Virus record (IMG/VR): IMGVR_UViG_3300025621_000004
Direction: 5' to 3' (one strand)
Length of the DNA: 64,000 nt
Source: an uncultured virus (IMG/VR IMGVR_UViG_3300025621_000004)
Taxonomy: Duplodnaviria > Heunggongvirae > Uroviricota > Caudoviricetes
Notes under the pieces: generated by a model
Told to the model about the DNA's origin: nothing
Database searches by the model: none
Seen by the model: the letters and a program-made list of their open reading frames with translations, nothing else
In this document: one piece after another, positions 28,600-39,067 of the stretch
Position numbering within the stretch: position 1 is the stretch's first letter
How the letters are laid out: every line of letters begins with the position of its first letter
Program-made: the position numbers and the translations under genes

Positions 28600-31500
28600 T
28601 GGCAATTAAAACATACAGTGCGGTACCGTACGTCGACGACTTTGGTTTAAAAGATTCAAACCAAAACAATAAAACTGCAGAAGAGAAGAATTTTCTAAGA
28701 ATTCTTTTTAAGCCTGGTGTAAGCGTTCAAGTACGTGAGCTCAACCAAATGCAGTCTATTCTGCAGAATCAGATTGACAAAGTTGGTCGCGGTGTTTTTA
28801 AAGAAGGACCAGTTCCAGAATTAGCAACAGTAGCTAAATTAGAAAGAAACTTAAACTATGTTGATATTGATATCGATGTCCAAATACTAGGAGATGACGG
28901 AATTATTCCACATCTTGATTTGGTTAAAGAACTTCGTCTGGAGTATAATCCAGCCGAGCAAGTTTTTATTAATGCTGAAGTATTGCACTATCAAGCTCTT
29001 CCAGAATTAAATCGATATAGATTCTTTATTAAGTATATTAATTCGGCACAAGACGAGGCTGGTGAAAATGTACAATCGTTTTCCGATGAACAAACTATCG
29101 ATTTTGCTGAAGATATAATTATTAGTAATACCGAGACCGAATATAGTGCAGGCCAAGATTTTGGTAAAGTTGTTGTAAACGGTACAGGTAAGGCTATTCA
29201 CGCTCAAATAGACGAGGGTGTATTTTTTGTTAAAGGATCGTTTGTTTATGCCGAAGCGCAGTCGCTCTATTCTAGCTTACCATCATTAGACTATCTTATC
29301 AACGCTAAACTTGTTTTTGCGGTTACTGAAAAAATTGTAAATTTTCAGAGCGATAGATCTTTGCTAGATAACGTTACTAGTTATCCAAATGAAAATGCTC
29401 CAGGTGCAGATAGATATACGATTACACTTGAGTTACTAATCTTAAGTAAAAATACTTCTGACAATGATCAAGCGTTCGTTGCAGCTCATGAAAATATTTA
29501 TGATAGGGATAGCTACATTGGTGATACACTTCCTCTTTTAGAAGTTGTTAATAACTCAGTTGTTCAAGTCGCTCGACCAGAATTTAGTGGAATAACTGAT
29601 GTATTAGCAACCCGTACGCGCGAGGAAAGTGGAGATTACGCTTTAAACCCGTATGGTATTGATATCACTGGATTTTATAATGATGTTACTAGTGATGATT
29701 TATGTGATCGTGGTTTATATAGCGCTGCAGAAATGGCAGATGTTTCTGAGATAATTCCTGATAATGACATTTCTGAAGTTTCTTCTGGTTCTTTAGGTGA
29801 AAAAAGTGAGGCAGAGAGAATTAAATTTGGTAAAACACGATTTGTAGTTGGTGTCGAACCATCTATATCATATGTTGATGGATATCGAGTCGCTGAGCCC
29901 GAAAAGGTTTATGTTACAGCCGAAAAGGCCAGAAAAACATCTGAATACAAACAAGTTTATAGCAATGCTCTACTTGGATCTTATATTCTCGGAACATTTA
30001 CTGGAGCACCTTCATTTGATGTAGATGACGTGGCTACTATTAAAGACGGTGTGACCGACATTGCTACATGCAGATTTCGTTCTTTAGAGAATACTGGTGG
30101 TAGTCAATTTAAGTTATATGTGTATGATATTCAGTTTGCAAGTGAAGTTACTTCTTTGGATGGCGCAGATACTATTGAACAAGGAAGCTTTGTATACACA
30201 GTTGCAGATGCTACATTATACGATACAGAATATAACAAATCCATTTATCCGCTTCCTGCAGATTATATTGAACACGTTAAAAGTTCTACGGGTGATATTG
30301 AGTTTACAAATAGAAGAGTATTTGATCCAACATCAACCGTGGAGGACGATACCGTAGTTATAAGCGTGTCTGGTGAAACTAACGCGAAGTTTGAAGAACT
30401 TGGTCCTGATTCATACATCGTTATTGATGGCGACGGCACTGTATATACCACAGACAGCGCAGTGAGAACCGGGGTTAATAATGACACTGTCATTATTACA
30501 ACCACAGCAAATATAGCGGCCGCACAAGGAACGAAAGTTATAGCTTCATACAGAGCTAGACTAGACCTAAAGAGTAAAATTAAAGATACGATCACCGACA
30601 AAGTATTAGTGGCAGAGAACACAGATGTTGCAGCTGGGGCCGAGTTTGATTTGGATCATCATGATATTATTGCAATAACATCTGCAGAAGATTTTGCTGG
30701 TATGCCTATTTCTTTAACTGATTTAGTTCTTGATAATGGTCAAAGAGATGGTTGTTATAAGAAAGGTCGAGTTAAGTATATCGGTGAAGGCCTTACGGCC
30801 GCGGGTGCAGGTACAGGTGGACTTAAAATAACATATACATATTTTCTGCATCCGGATGGTGGAGACTATTTCTCAGCTAGTTCATATTCAAGTGTTGAAT
30901 ATGACGAAATCCCCATCTATAAAGACATGCGTCTTTCTGATTCGCTCGATTTTAGACCAAGATTGGGAGGAGGTGACTCAGGTACACACTTAGATCCTAA
31001 TAGTACTATTGATTCTCAAATCAGATATTATCTGTCAAGAATCGACAAACTGATTGTTACACGAAATTCTGAGTTTAAGTTAATTACTGGAATTCCTGAA
31101 GTATTTCCTGAAGAGCCTGCAGTTCCAGCTGATGCAATGCATCTTTATACACTATATATTCCAGCTTATACATTCTGTCATACTCATATTGATACACTCT
31201 ATGTTGATAATAGGAGATATACGATGCGTGATATCGGCACCTTAAGTTCTAGAATAAATAGTTTAGAACAATATACTACACTGTCTATGCTAGAAAAAGA
31301 AGCATGTTGTAAACAGATTGTTGACGATAGTGGAAATACGCCGTACGATAGATTTAAAAATGGAATTATCGTAGATAGTTTTAGAGGTCATAATATTGGG
31401 AATGTCCTTGATGCCAATTATAATTGTTCAATGAGTCCTCAAAATCCGGTTCTTAGACCGTACTTTGAGAATCGAAGTGTACCATTCACGCGCAGCACTA

Positions 31501-33698
31501 TAATCGGAGATACTGTAAATGTCGCAGTTAACGATGGATTAGCGACACTAGAATACGAAAGTGGTTTTGCGTGGATTGACCAACAAAAGGCTGCAGTATC
31601 AATCAGTGTTAATCCATACGATGTTGCAACGTGGTTAGGATCATTTAAGCTTTCTCCATCTTCAGACGAGTGGATGGAAACGCGAAGAGCACCTAATATT
31701 GTAAATGAGGTTGGAGAAAATCTCGCTGATCTTCGGGCCCAAGTTAATCGTATTAATCAATTGGGAACTCAGTGGAATTCTTGGCAAACCGCTTGGACTG
31801 GAACACCAGTTGTTAGAAGGACTATCGAAAGAGCTCCTCGTCGATTCCCGATTCGTAGAGTTACAACAACGACTACTCAATCACAACAAATCCGCACTGG
31901 AAGTAGAACCGTTGCTGCAATAAGTAGCGTTACTCGAGTTGCAGATGATAGAGTGATTGATGTAAGTTTTGTACCATTCATTAGAGCTCGTAAAGTTTAT
32001 TTTAAAGGTAAGCTATTTAAACCTAATACAAAATTAAGAGTATTTTTTGACGGAAAGGATATCACAAAATATGCAACTGCAGTTGATGAAACCGATTATA
32101 AAGAATGGTCTGAAAATGCTAGTGTAAGGACTTATCATAACGATCTTACACCGGCTGGTGCTGGGACAGAGGGAGCGGATATTGTTACCAATTTTAGAGG
32201 AGATATATGCGGTTGGTTTGTTGTACCAAATAATTCAGAATACCAGTTCCCTATAGGTGAAAGATCAGTTGTATTGACTGATGGAGTATCAGCAACAGAT
32301 CCAGGCGCAACAACGAGTGCAGATGCAGTATATACCGCATTAGGTAAGGTTCAAACTAAGCAACGAACGCTTATTACTACTCGATCAGTTATTAGAAGAC
32401 AGCAACGTGTTACTCAATCAAGACTTCAAACAAGTACTGCAGTGAGTAGAACACGATGGTATGATCCATTAGCGCAATCATTTATTATTGGAGAAAACCC
32501 AACTGGCATTTTTATTCATTCAGTTGATTTATATTTCAGTCACGTTTCGGAAAAGAATATTCCTATTAAGATGTATCTAGTTGAAATGGAAAATGGATAT
32601 CCTACTCAACGTAGAGTCCCGCTAAGTGATGTTACTAAACAACCAGATGAAGTAGCTACTAGTTCTGATGCTACGGCAGCAACAACATTCGAATTTGATT
32701 CTCCAATCTATCTTCAATACGGAATGGAATACGCCATTGTTACTGAATCGAATTCATCGCACTATCGTCAGTGGTTGTCTGAAGTAGGTAAAAATGATGT
32801 TACTACTGGTGAGTTTATCTCTAAGAACCCATTTTTGGGAGTATCTTTTAAATCACAGAATGCTTCTACTTGGTCAGCGGATCAAATGAAAGACTTCAAG
32901 ATGGTTGTTCGAAGAGCAACATATCAAAGTGAAGGATCTATTATATTAAATGCTGTTGGAATTTCAGATGCAGTGGATGACGAGAGTGATGGTCCTCTCG
33001 AGTTCTCACAGATTCAACTGAACACTGATTTTATAGATCATCCAGAAACTGATATTTCATATGAAATTAAAATCGGTGATCGCGATTGGGAAGTTATTGC
33101 ACCAAACGAGAATCATTATGTATCTACAGTAACACCAATTACAAGCAACTCAGGCGTTCAGCTTAAAATTACTCTGAAAAGTAATGATGAGAAGATTACA
33201 CCAATCGTTGATTTAGACCGCATTTCACTTATTGCTGTTAAGAATGTTATTGGACCAGAAGGAGATGCATTAACTACAACTACAGATAGTGTATTTCAGG
33301 ATGGAACAGATTCAGAAATATCAGCAGGTCATGGTAATGCAACTGCGGTCTATATGACAAAGGAGGTTATTCTAAATAATCCTTCTGATAGATTAGATAC
33401 TTATCTAAATATCAATAGGCCATATGCTAACAGTAATGTATTAGTGTATGCTCGATTTAAGAGATCAGAAGATAACATAGAGGACCTCCCTTTTGAAAGG
33501 CTTAATCCGCCGACAGGTGTTACGATACCGCTTTTAAGCCGAGGAGAATTTGCAGAGATTCAATATGTAAAAGATTTTTCTGTAGATGATGCAGCCGCTG
33601 CACTTTTTACATCTTTTCAAGTTAAGATAGTATTAGTTTCTGATGATCACGCTCTTGTGCCTTCAGTGCAGGACTTTAGATCTATTGCGACTGTTTAG
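28599..33698 (+). CDS. VrlC-like / DUF4815 virion structural protein
   Basis: PYVDDF, RILFKPG.SVQVRELNQMQSILQNQI, NAPGADRY, NRRYTMRDIG, RFKNG.IVDSF, VNPYDV, DPLAQSF, FKSQNASTW. Confidence 0.85.
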   Translation: MAIKTYSAVPYVDDFGLKDSNQNNKTAEEKNFLRILFKPGVSVQVRELNQMQSILQNQIDKVGRGVFKEGPVPELATVAKLERNLNYVDIDIDVQILGDDGIIPHLDLVKELRLEYNPAEQVFINAEVLHYQALPELNRYRFFIKYINSAQDEAGENVQSFSDEQTIDFAEDIIISNTETEYSAGQDFGKVVVNGTGKAIHAQIDEGVFFVKGSFVYAEAQSLYSSLPSLDYLINAKLVFAVTEKIVNFQSDRSLLDNVTSYPNENAPGADRYTITLELLILSKNTSDNDQAFVAAHENIYDRDSYIGDTLPLLEVVNNSVVQVARPEFSGITDVLATRTREESGDYALNPYGIDITGFYNDVTSDDLCDRGLYSAAEMADVSEIIPDNDISEVSSGSLGEKSEAERIKFGKTRFVVGVEPSISYVDGYRVAEPEKVYVTAEKARKTSEYKQVYSNALLGSYILGTFTGAPSFDVDDVATIKDGVTDIATCRFRSLENTGGSQFKLYVYDIQFASEVTSLDGADTIEQGSFVYTVADATLYDTEYNKSIYPLPADYIEHVKSSTGDIEFTNRRVFDPTSTVEDDTVVISVSGETNAKFEELGPDSYIVIDGDGTVYTTDSAVRTGVNNDTVIITTTANIAAAQGTKVIASYRARLDLKSKIKDTITDKVLVAENTDVAAGAEFDLDHHDIIAITSAEDFAGMPISLTDLVLDNGQRDGCYKKGRVKYIGEGLTAAGAGTGGLKITYTYFLHPDGGDYFSASSYSSVEYDEIPIYKDMRLSDSLDFRPRLGGGDSGTHLDPNSTIDSQIRYYLSRIDKLIVTRNSEFKLITGIPEVFPEEPAVPADAMHLYTLYIPAYTFCHTHIDTLYVDNRRYTMRDIGTLSSRINSLEQYTTLSMLEKEACCKQIVDDSGNTPYDRFKNGIIVDSFRGHNIGNVLDANYNCSMSPQNPVLRPYFENRSVPFTRSTIIGDTVNVAVNDGLATLEYESGFAWIDQQKAAVSISVNPYDVATWLGSFKLSPSSDEWMETRRAPNIVNEVGENLADLRAQVNRINQLGTQWNSWQTAWTGTPVVRRTIERAPRRFPIRRVTTTTTQSQQIRTGSRTVAAISSVTRVADDRVIDVSFVPFIRARKVYFKGKLFKPNTKLRVFFDGKDITKYATAVDETDYKEWSENASVRTYHNDLTPAGAGTEGADIVTNFRGDICGWFVVPNNSEYQFPIGERSVVLTDGVSATDPGATTSADAVYTALGKVQTKQRTLITTRSVIRRQQRVTQSRLQTSTAVSRTRWYDPLAQSFIIGENPTGIFIHSVDLYFSHVSEKNIPIKMYLVEMENGYPTQRRVPLSDVTKQPDEVATSSDATAATTFEFDSPIYLQYGMEYAIVTESNSSHYRQWLSEVGKNDVTTGEFISKNPFLGVSFKSQNASTWSADQMKDFKMVVRRATYQSEGSIILNAVGISDAVDDESDGPLEFSQIQLNTDFIDHPETDISYEIKIGDRDWEVIAPNENHYVSTVTPITSNSGVQLKITLKSNDEKITPIVDLDRISLIAVKNVIGPEGDALTTTTDSVFQDGTDSEISAGHGNATAVYMTKEVILNNPSDRLDTYLNINRPYANSNVLVYARFKRSEDNIEDLPFERLNPPTGVTIPLLSRGEFAEIQYVKDFSVDDAAAALFTSFQVKIVLVSDDHALVPSVQDFRSIATV

Positions 33699-33699
33699 T

Positions 33700-33906
33700 A
33701 TGAGATTAACTGTAGAAGGAAACGACTCTCTCGAAAGAGATAATAAAACATACGCAATATTAAATAACGATACTGCTGCGTATAAAGCCGCGTTATTGCG
33801 GAAGAATTATAGTAAGAAAGTAGCAAGTGAAATAAATGGATTGCAAACTGAAGTATCAGAGTTAAAGGATTTAGTTAAAATACTTATTGAAAAATTAGAT
33901 AAATAG
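33700..33906 (+). CDS. Small coiled-coil protein (68 aa) that commonly follows the VrlC-like gene
   Basis: VEGNDSLERD..T.AILN...EINGLQTEVSELKDLVK.L; the ATG at 33700 right after the upstream stop is more plausible than the track start 33643. Confidence 0.75.
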   Translation: MRLTVEGNDSLERDNKTYAILNNDTAAYKAALLRKNYSKKVASEINGLQTEVSELKDLVKILIEKLDK

Positions 33907-33910
33907 AGTT

Positions 33911-36900
33911 ATGGCAGATAGATTACCACTTTTTACAGACGTATACGAAACTGATACATTTAATGAATGGCGTCTTAAGACGAATTCAATTAAGGTAAAC
34001 TTGACTGGCATATACGACTACCTTGATAATATTAACGATATTGTAGTAACACTCACTGGTGACCAAACAGTCAGTGGAATAAAGACTTTTACAAAAAGGT
34101 CGATATGGACACAGGAGTATACACGAAATGAAGTGACTCCAATGTTGGAGTTGAAGGTTACAAATTCATCGGTATTTACTGGTGCTAAGGATGACGGCCA
34201 TAAAGGAAGCGGTGTTGCTATCGACTTTTATAATGCAGACACAACTGCTGCTGAACCTGGTGTATACGATAACATCGGCCCTGAAAATACGTGGCTTTCA
34301 TCTCGAGTTGCTTCTATCAGTGAAGATGATAATAACGCTGTACCAGACGCATCTTTAGTATTTTATACTGGAAAAAATCAGAAGCCTATTACTGAAAAGC
34401 TACGTATCACCTCTGACGGTAATGTAGGTATTGGTACATCGAATCCGCAGACTTTACTATCTATTGTAAATAATAGATACGCTCCTGACTTAAGTATAAT
34501 TGGACCAAAAAATAGCCATGCTGGAATACAGTTTGGTGACAGCGATAAAAACGACTCTGGTAAGATTCGTTATCTAAATCCACAAGATGCGATGGTGTTT
34601 CATGCAGGTTCAGGAAACAATTCAGCTGAACGTTTAAGAATTACTAGTTCTGGCAATATTGGTATTGCAACAAGTTCTCCTACACAAAAATTAGATGTAG
34701 TTGGAAATATTGTGTCGAGCGGTTGGATTGAAGGTGGAGAAACTGGCGGAGTAGCTCTTACTCGCCAGCCGAAGACAGTTAATACTCCTGGATATTCTAG
34801 TGTTGCGTTCAATCACAATAATAATAAAGCAACAATAGATGGATCTTCTGGTAGAATTCGATGCGGAGTTGATCAATCAGCCGCGAGCTTAAGTTTTCTA
34901 TTAGGTGATAATGCATTCGCAAATTCTTCAAGCGTAGAAGTAAACGAAATTTTAGCATTAACAACCGCCAAAGTATCTCTTCTTAAGGATACTGATATTG
35001 ACGGTGAGTTATATACCACTGGAAAAATTGGTATTCGTATCGAAAATCCTGATTGGGACTTATGCGTAGGTAACAAACAAGTTGATGTTGGCCATGTTGC
35101 TCTTGATGGAGATGCTGGTACTATTTCACTTCGACCTACAGCAAATTCTACGCATAGGTGGTTACTCAATACTCAAAATAGTGCTGGAGGAACGTTTAGT
35201 ATAACAAGCTCCAAGTGGAATGGTCAATCGAGTACGTATACTAATACTCCTATACTGAAGTTTTATAACAATGGTAAGATGCTTTCTTCTGGATCATTAG
35301 GTCTTGGCGGAGGAAACTTGGCGGGTGGAGTAAAGCTTGACGTGAAAGGCGCTTCTGATAATTCGATATCAGCAAAATTTAGAGGTGGTATTCAAGTTAA
35401 TCAATATGATGTAGCATCTCGCGCATATGGTTTCTTAACTACGTCACAACAAGATACACTTATAGGTGGCAATCTAAAACTTACAGGTGAACAAGACAGC
35501 GATATTGGAAAAGAAGCAACTGTTTATATAGTATGCGATGATCAATATAAACTTTATCAAAATGAAAATTTAATCGGCACTGGAGTTGATTGGCAAATTG
35601 CCGGTAAGCATACGTTTACTATTACTGGTAATGATAGAATCGGCGTAGAAGCTATTAATACTGGAGGACCACACGGCTTAGCTTTCGTTATAAAGATTGG
35701 AGAAAGGATAATTGCTACATCGAATAAGACTGATGTTAAAGCATCATTTTCGACCGATGGTGGATACGCACCAAATTGGAATGTAGACTATAACTTTTTT
35801 AACGTCTTAGGCACAACACCAATCGACGGTACATTTGCAAACGTCGGTACAACGCTTGCCGCTATGGATGGTGGTATTGATATAGGAAATGCCATAACTA
35901 TTTGGGGAGACTCAGTGTCAAACGGAAACGTGATTGGTGTGCCATATTATTTCCAAACTAGAATTCAAGAAGTTGCAAGCACTTCATATGGAAAGGGTAC
36001 TAATCAACGCGGTGCTGCTGCGATCAAGTTCATTAATGGAGCTAACGCGACTGGTCAGATAGCTTTCTTACGAGCAACTGATACTGATGATGCACTCTAT
36101 ACTGTTTTCGAAAATGCACGATTCGATGAAAATGGAAGATTGGGTATAGGACTAACAGATCCTACTCATCTTTTACATGTAGACGGATCGGTTAGATCTA
36201 ATGATAAATTTATTGTTACTGGTAATGATACTGGTTTACCACAGCTTACCTTCTGCAACAACGATTTAGTCTCGAAGAAGTTTAGTATTTCTCGAGATAC
36301 AGTTGGTGATACACTAAGGATCGGACCTGAAAATGCAAGTGGTGTTATTGTACCAGCAATTGAGATTGGGCGCGATGCAAAGGTCTCCTTTTCGAAGGGT
36401 ATAAGTTACACTATGCCTACTGAGCTTGTTGATACAACACTCGTAAATAAGAAATATGTTGACGATGTCACTGGAGGACTACTGAACGAAGTTCACAATC
36501 ATACTGGAGCACAACCTATTACTGGTCGCAACTTTGCAGACACTCTTTACCCGACAAGTACCAAGCACTTTGTATCTACATTTACAACTACACGCAGTGG
36601 TGATGGTGGAGGTATTCTTATCGATGTTACTGATACTAACGATGATGAACACGCGATAAGCGTGTACAATACACACGCAACTATCGACAAGCCGGTCTTT
36701 GTAGTGAAGGCTACAAATGGAGACACTGATATTAGAGGTAAATTAGAAGTTGCTGATGATATAACATCTAAAGGCCGATCAATCAATCTTCCTGATATAA
36801 CTGGTTCTGACACTTGGACCATTAAGAAGAACAACGGGAATTTACAATTTAATCGTAAGAATGGTGCTACAACAAAGAGTGTAATGACGCTTAAACCAAG

Positions 36901-38203
36901 TGGAGTTACATTGCAAGCAGACGGCATTAATAACAACGAGCTTATAACAAAAGAATATGTCGATAAGGCCTTTGCTGCCGTCAACAACACTAATACAACT
37001 ACCTTTCCAAGATTCGCAGTTGCTACTGGTACTGCAGCGGTTAAATCAGATTATACAGCGAACACTGCGTTTTCCTTTGACATTAAAACTCTTACAGGCC
37101 TTAGCACCGCTGATGCAGCTAGAGTTTATGCCGTAGATGCTACAATATCCAACTTCGGAAGCAACGCACACGATAATAATACTTCCTATAAATATCCAGA
37201 TTCTGTATATAGGGAAGTACAGAGTTCTCGTGGGTACAACGATGACGATGATTGCGGAGGTTCAGCATCAGTACTTCTTCCAGTGAGTGGATCATATGTT
37301 ACATTTAAATCTAATGTCGCTGGAACAAACCGAGCGAGATCAATGCGTAAAGTGCAGATTAATGGCTTTTGGTATTATGATGAAGCATCAGCTCCACTAA
37401 CAACTACAACTCTACCAGCTGTTGATAATTTTGATATTGACGTGTTGATTCTTCAAAGTACTCTAAACTGGCAAACGTACACACTTAACATAGCTAATAT
37501 TTCATTTGGAAATAGTATACATAATATACGACCCGATCTTTTTCAGTTGCCAACTACAGTGGCTGGTTGGTCTGAATATGATGAAGTTTTAAATAGCGGG
37601 GAATACGGTATTGCAGCACTGAATACGTTCGCGAACGAATTGCCTGGCCAAGCGCACTTCGCCATGCCGGAGTCAACACTACAGAACATTAGAGACTTTG
37701 TTATTGCGGGTGGTACGCTAATGCTTTTTTCGGAACACGGTCACATCGACCGAGGGGATTCATGGACGTATGAGGCTCTCATCGAGGATTTAGGTGGTAT
37801 TAAGGATGGCTATTATCCAAGTCCGCGAGATAATTATGGGATTCACACAAATTGGATGGGACAATATAACGTAGAAACGCGGACTGGCGTAGTAGCAGTT
37901 TCACCCGCGGCGACTGATCTTGGTATTCTGCCGGGGACTTCCACAACGTTCGGGTCGGCCGCGACAGGAACTATCATCAACGTCAAATCTAATGGTATAC
38001 CGCTGCTTTACCGGCCCGGCCGAACAGTGAACGAAAGCGTCGCTCACATGTGGGACGGAGCTTTGGGCCATCTTAATTCTGAGGTTAAAGGTAAAATTGT
38101 CTGGTTCGGCGACACGACTCATTATTCTGACGCGCAGAAATTTCCAAAAATTGTCATGGATCCGCTATTAAGTTACATTGATAAATCAAACGGCACAAAT
38201 TAA
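33911..38203 (+). CDS. Long tail fibre / mosaic adhesin (1430 aa)
   Basis: N-terminal TDTFNEWRLKTN, RITS.GNVGIGTS.P fibre repeats, lectin-like insert (CDD...IGVEAINTGGPHGL), distinct C-terminal domain. Confidence 0.75.
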   Translation: MADRLPLFTDVYETDTFNEWRLKTNSIKVNLTGIYDYLDNINDIVVTLTGDQTVSGIKTFTKRSIWTQEYTRNEVTPMLELKVTNSSVFTGAKDDGHKGSGVAIDFYNADTTAAEPGVYDNIGPENTWLSSRVASISEDDNNAVPDASLVFYTGKNQKPITEKLRITSDGNVGIGTSNPQTLLSIVNNRYAPDLSIIGPKNSHAGIQFGDSDKNDSGKIRYLNPQDAMVFHAGSGNNSAERLRITSSGNIGIATSSPTQKLDVVGNIVSSGWIEGGETGGVALTRQPKTVNTPGYSSVAFNHNNNKATIDGSSGRIRCGVDQSAASLSFLLGDNAFANSSSVEVNEILALTTAKVSLLKDTDIDGELYTTGKIGIRIENPDWDLCVGNKQVDVGHVALDGDAGTISLRPTANSTHRWLLNTQNSAGGTFSITSSKWNGQSSTYTNTPILKFYNNGKMLSSGSLGLGGGNLAGGVKLDVKGASDNSISAKFRGGIQVNQYDVASRAYGFLTTSQQDTLIGGNLKLTGEQDSDIGKEATVYIVCDDQYKLYQNENLIGTGVDWQIAGKHTFTITGNDRIGVEAINTGGPHGLAFVIKIGERIIATSNKTDVKASFSTDGGYAPNWNVDYNFFNVLGTTPIDGTFANVGTTLAAMDGGIDIGNAITIWGDSVSNGNVIGVPYYFQTRIQEVASTSYGKGTNQRGAAAIKFINGANATGQIAFLRATDTDDALYTVFENARFDENGRLGIGLTDPTHLLHVDGSVRSNDKFIVTGNDTGLPQLTFCNNDLVSKKFSISRDTVGDTLRIGPENASGVIVPAIEIGRDAKVSFSKGISYTMPTELVDTTLVNKKYVDDVTGGLLNEVHNHTGAQPITGRNFADTLYPTSTKHFVSTFTTTRSGDGGGILIDVTDTNDDEHAISVYNTHATIDKPVFVVKATNGDTDIRGKLEVADDITSKGRSINLPDITGSDTWTIKKNNGNLQFNRKNGATTKSVMTLKPSGVTLQADGINNNELITKEYVDKAFAAVNNTNTTTFPRFAVATGTAAVKSDYTANTAFSFDIKTLTGLSTADAARVYAVDATISNFGSNAHDNNTSYKYPDSVYREVQSSRGYNDDDDCGGSASVLLPVSGSYVTFKSNVAGTNRARSMRKVQINGFWYYDEASAPLTTTTLPAVDNFDIDVLILQSTLNWQTYTLNIANISFGNSIHNIRPDLFQLPTTVAGWSEYDEVLNSGEYGIAALNTFANELPGQAHFAMPESTLQNIRDFVIAGGTLMLFSEHGHIDRGDSWTYEALIEDLGGIKDGYYPSPRDNYGIHTNWMGQYNVETRTGVVAVSPAATDLGILPGTSTTFGSAATGTIINVKSNGIPLLYRPGRTVNESVAHMWDGALGHLNSEVKGKIVWFGDTTHYSDAQKFPKIVMDPLLSYIDKSNGTN

Positions 38204-38215
38204 TAAATAAGAGAT

Positions 38216-39058
38216 ATGGCATATTCAAAAATCATTCACACAAAGAGCGAAGCTCCTGATGTTATACCTCAACCAGGTAGTTTAACGTTCGGTGAACTTG
38301 CGATTAATTATTATGATGGTAAGGCTTATATTAAGAATACTAATAATATAGTTGCTAAAATTGGTGATACTGCATATGAGAATCGCATAGGTAAACTCGA
38401 AAGTGATGCGGCTATTGCTCAAAATACTATTGATACTGTCGCAAATGTATTTGAAACAAGTGGTATTACTCAACACGGCGTTACTTATAATAATCCACAC
38501 TTTGTAACATCTTCACAACTATTAAAATTAAATGCTGGCGCAATACCAGGAGACGATGAGTCGTATACATTACATGATCTAACTTGGGTGCCGAATGATG
38601 AAGCCACACTTTTTACTAGTCCTGAATTCACCGGTATACCACTCGCTCCTACTGCAGAACAAACAGTCAACACTACACAGATCGCTACTACAGCATTTGT
38701 AAAAACAGCGGTGGCAGATCTTATTGGTGGCGCGGGTGACGCGCTTGATACATTGGGTGAACTCTCTGCTGCGTTGGAAAACAACGCGAATATTCTTGAT
38801 AATTACTATACTAGAACTTACTTAGATGATGCTACTACTGGTAAGGCTGATAAGTCGACTACTTACACTAGAACTTACTTAGATGATGCTACTACTGGTA
38901 AGGCTGATAAGTCGACTACTTACACTAAGGCTCAAACAGATACTTTTCTTGATACTAAACCGACCAGCACATCTTACGATAATATTGTCAAGATTGATCA
39001 AGGCACTTATAATTTCATCCAGCCCGATCCGCGGACGCTATATATCGTTACTCCATAG
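38216..39058 (+). CDS. Short tail fibre / adaptor protein
   Basis: N-terminal P...L.FGELAINYYDGK.YIK, SPEFTG.P.APTA...NTTQIATTAFV, A.DALDTLGEL..AL, C-terminal IDQGTYN...PDPRTLYIV. Confidence 0.75.
   Translation: MAYSKIIHTKSEAPDVIPQPGSLTFGELAINYYDGKAYIKNTNNIVAKIGDTAYENRIGKLESDAAIAQNTIDTVANVFETSGITQHGVTYNNPHFVTSSQLLKLNAGAIPGDDESYTLHDLTWVPNDEATLFTSPEFTGIPLAPTAEQTVNTTQIATTAFVKTAVADLIGGAGDALDTLGELSAALENNANILDNYYTRTYLDDATTGKADKSTTYTRTYLDDATTGKADKSTTYTKAQTDTFLDTKPTSTSYDNIVKIDQGTYNFIQPDPRTLYIVTP
38810..38927 (+). repeat. Perfect 57-bp tandem duplication (two copies plus 4 bp)
   Basis: 38810-38866 equals 38867-38923; encodes TRTYLDDATTGKADKSTTY twice. Confidence 0.95.
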
Positions 39059-39067
39059 TATCGTACT

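Noticed and set aside
26000..36750. Possible DGR template/variable repeat pair
   Set aside because: Mismatches are not restricted to adenines, both copies are internal coding modules, and no reverse transcriptase is present in the window.
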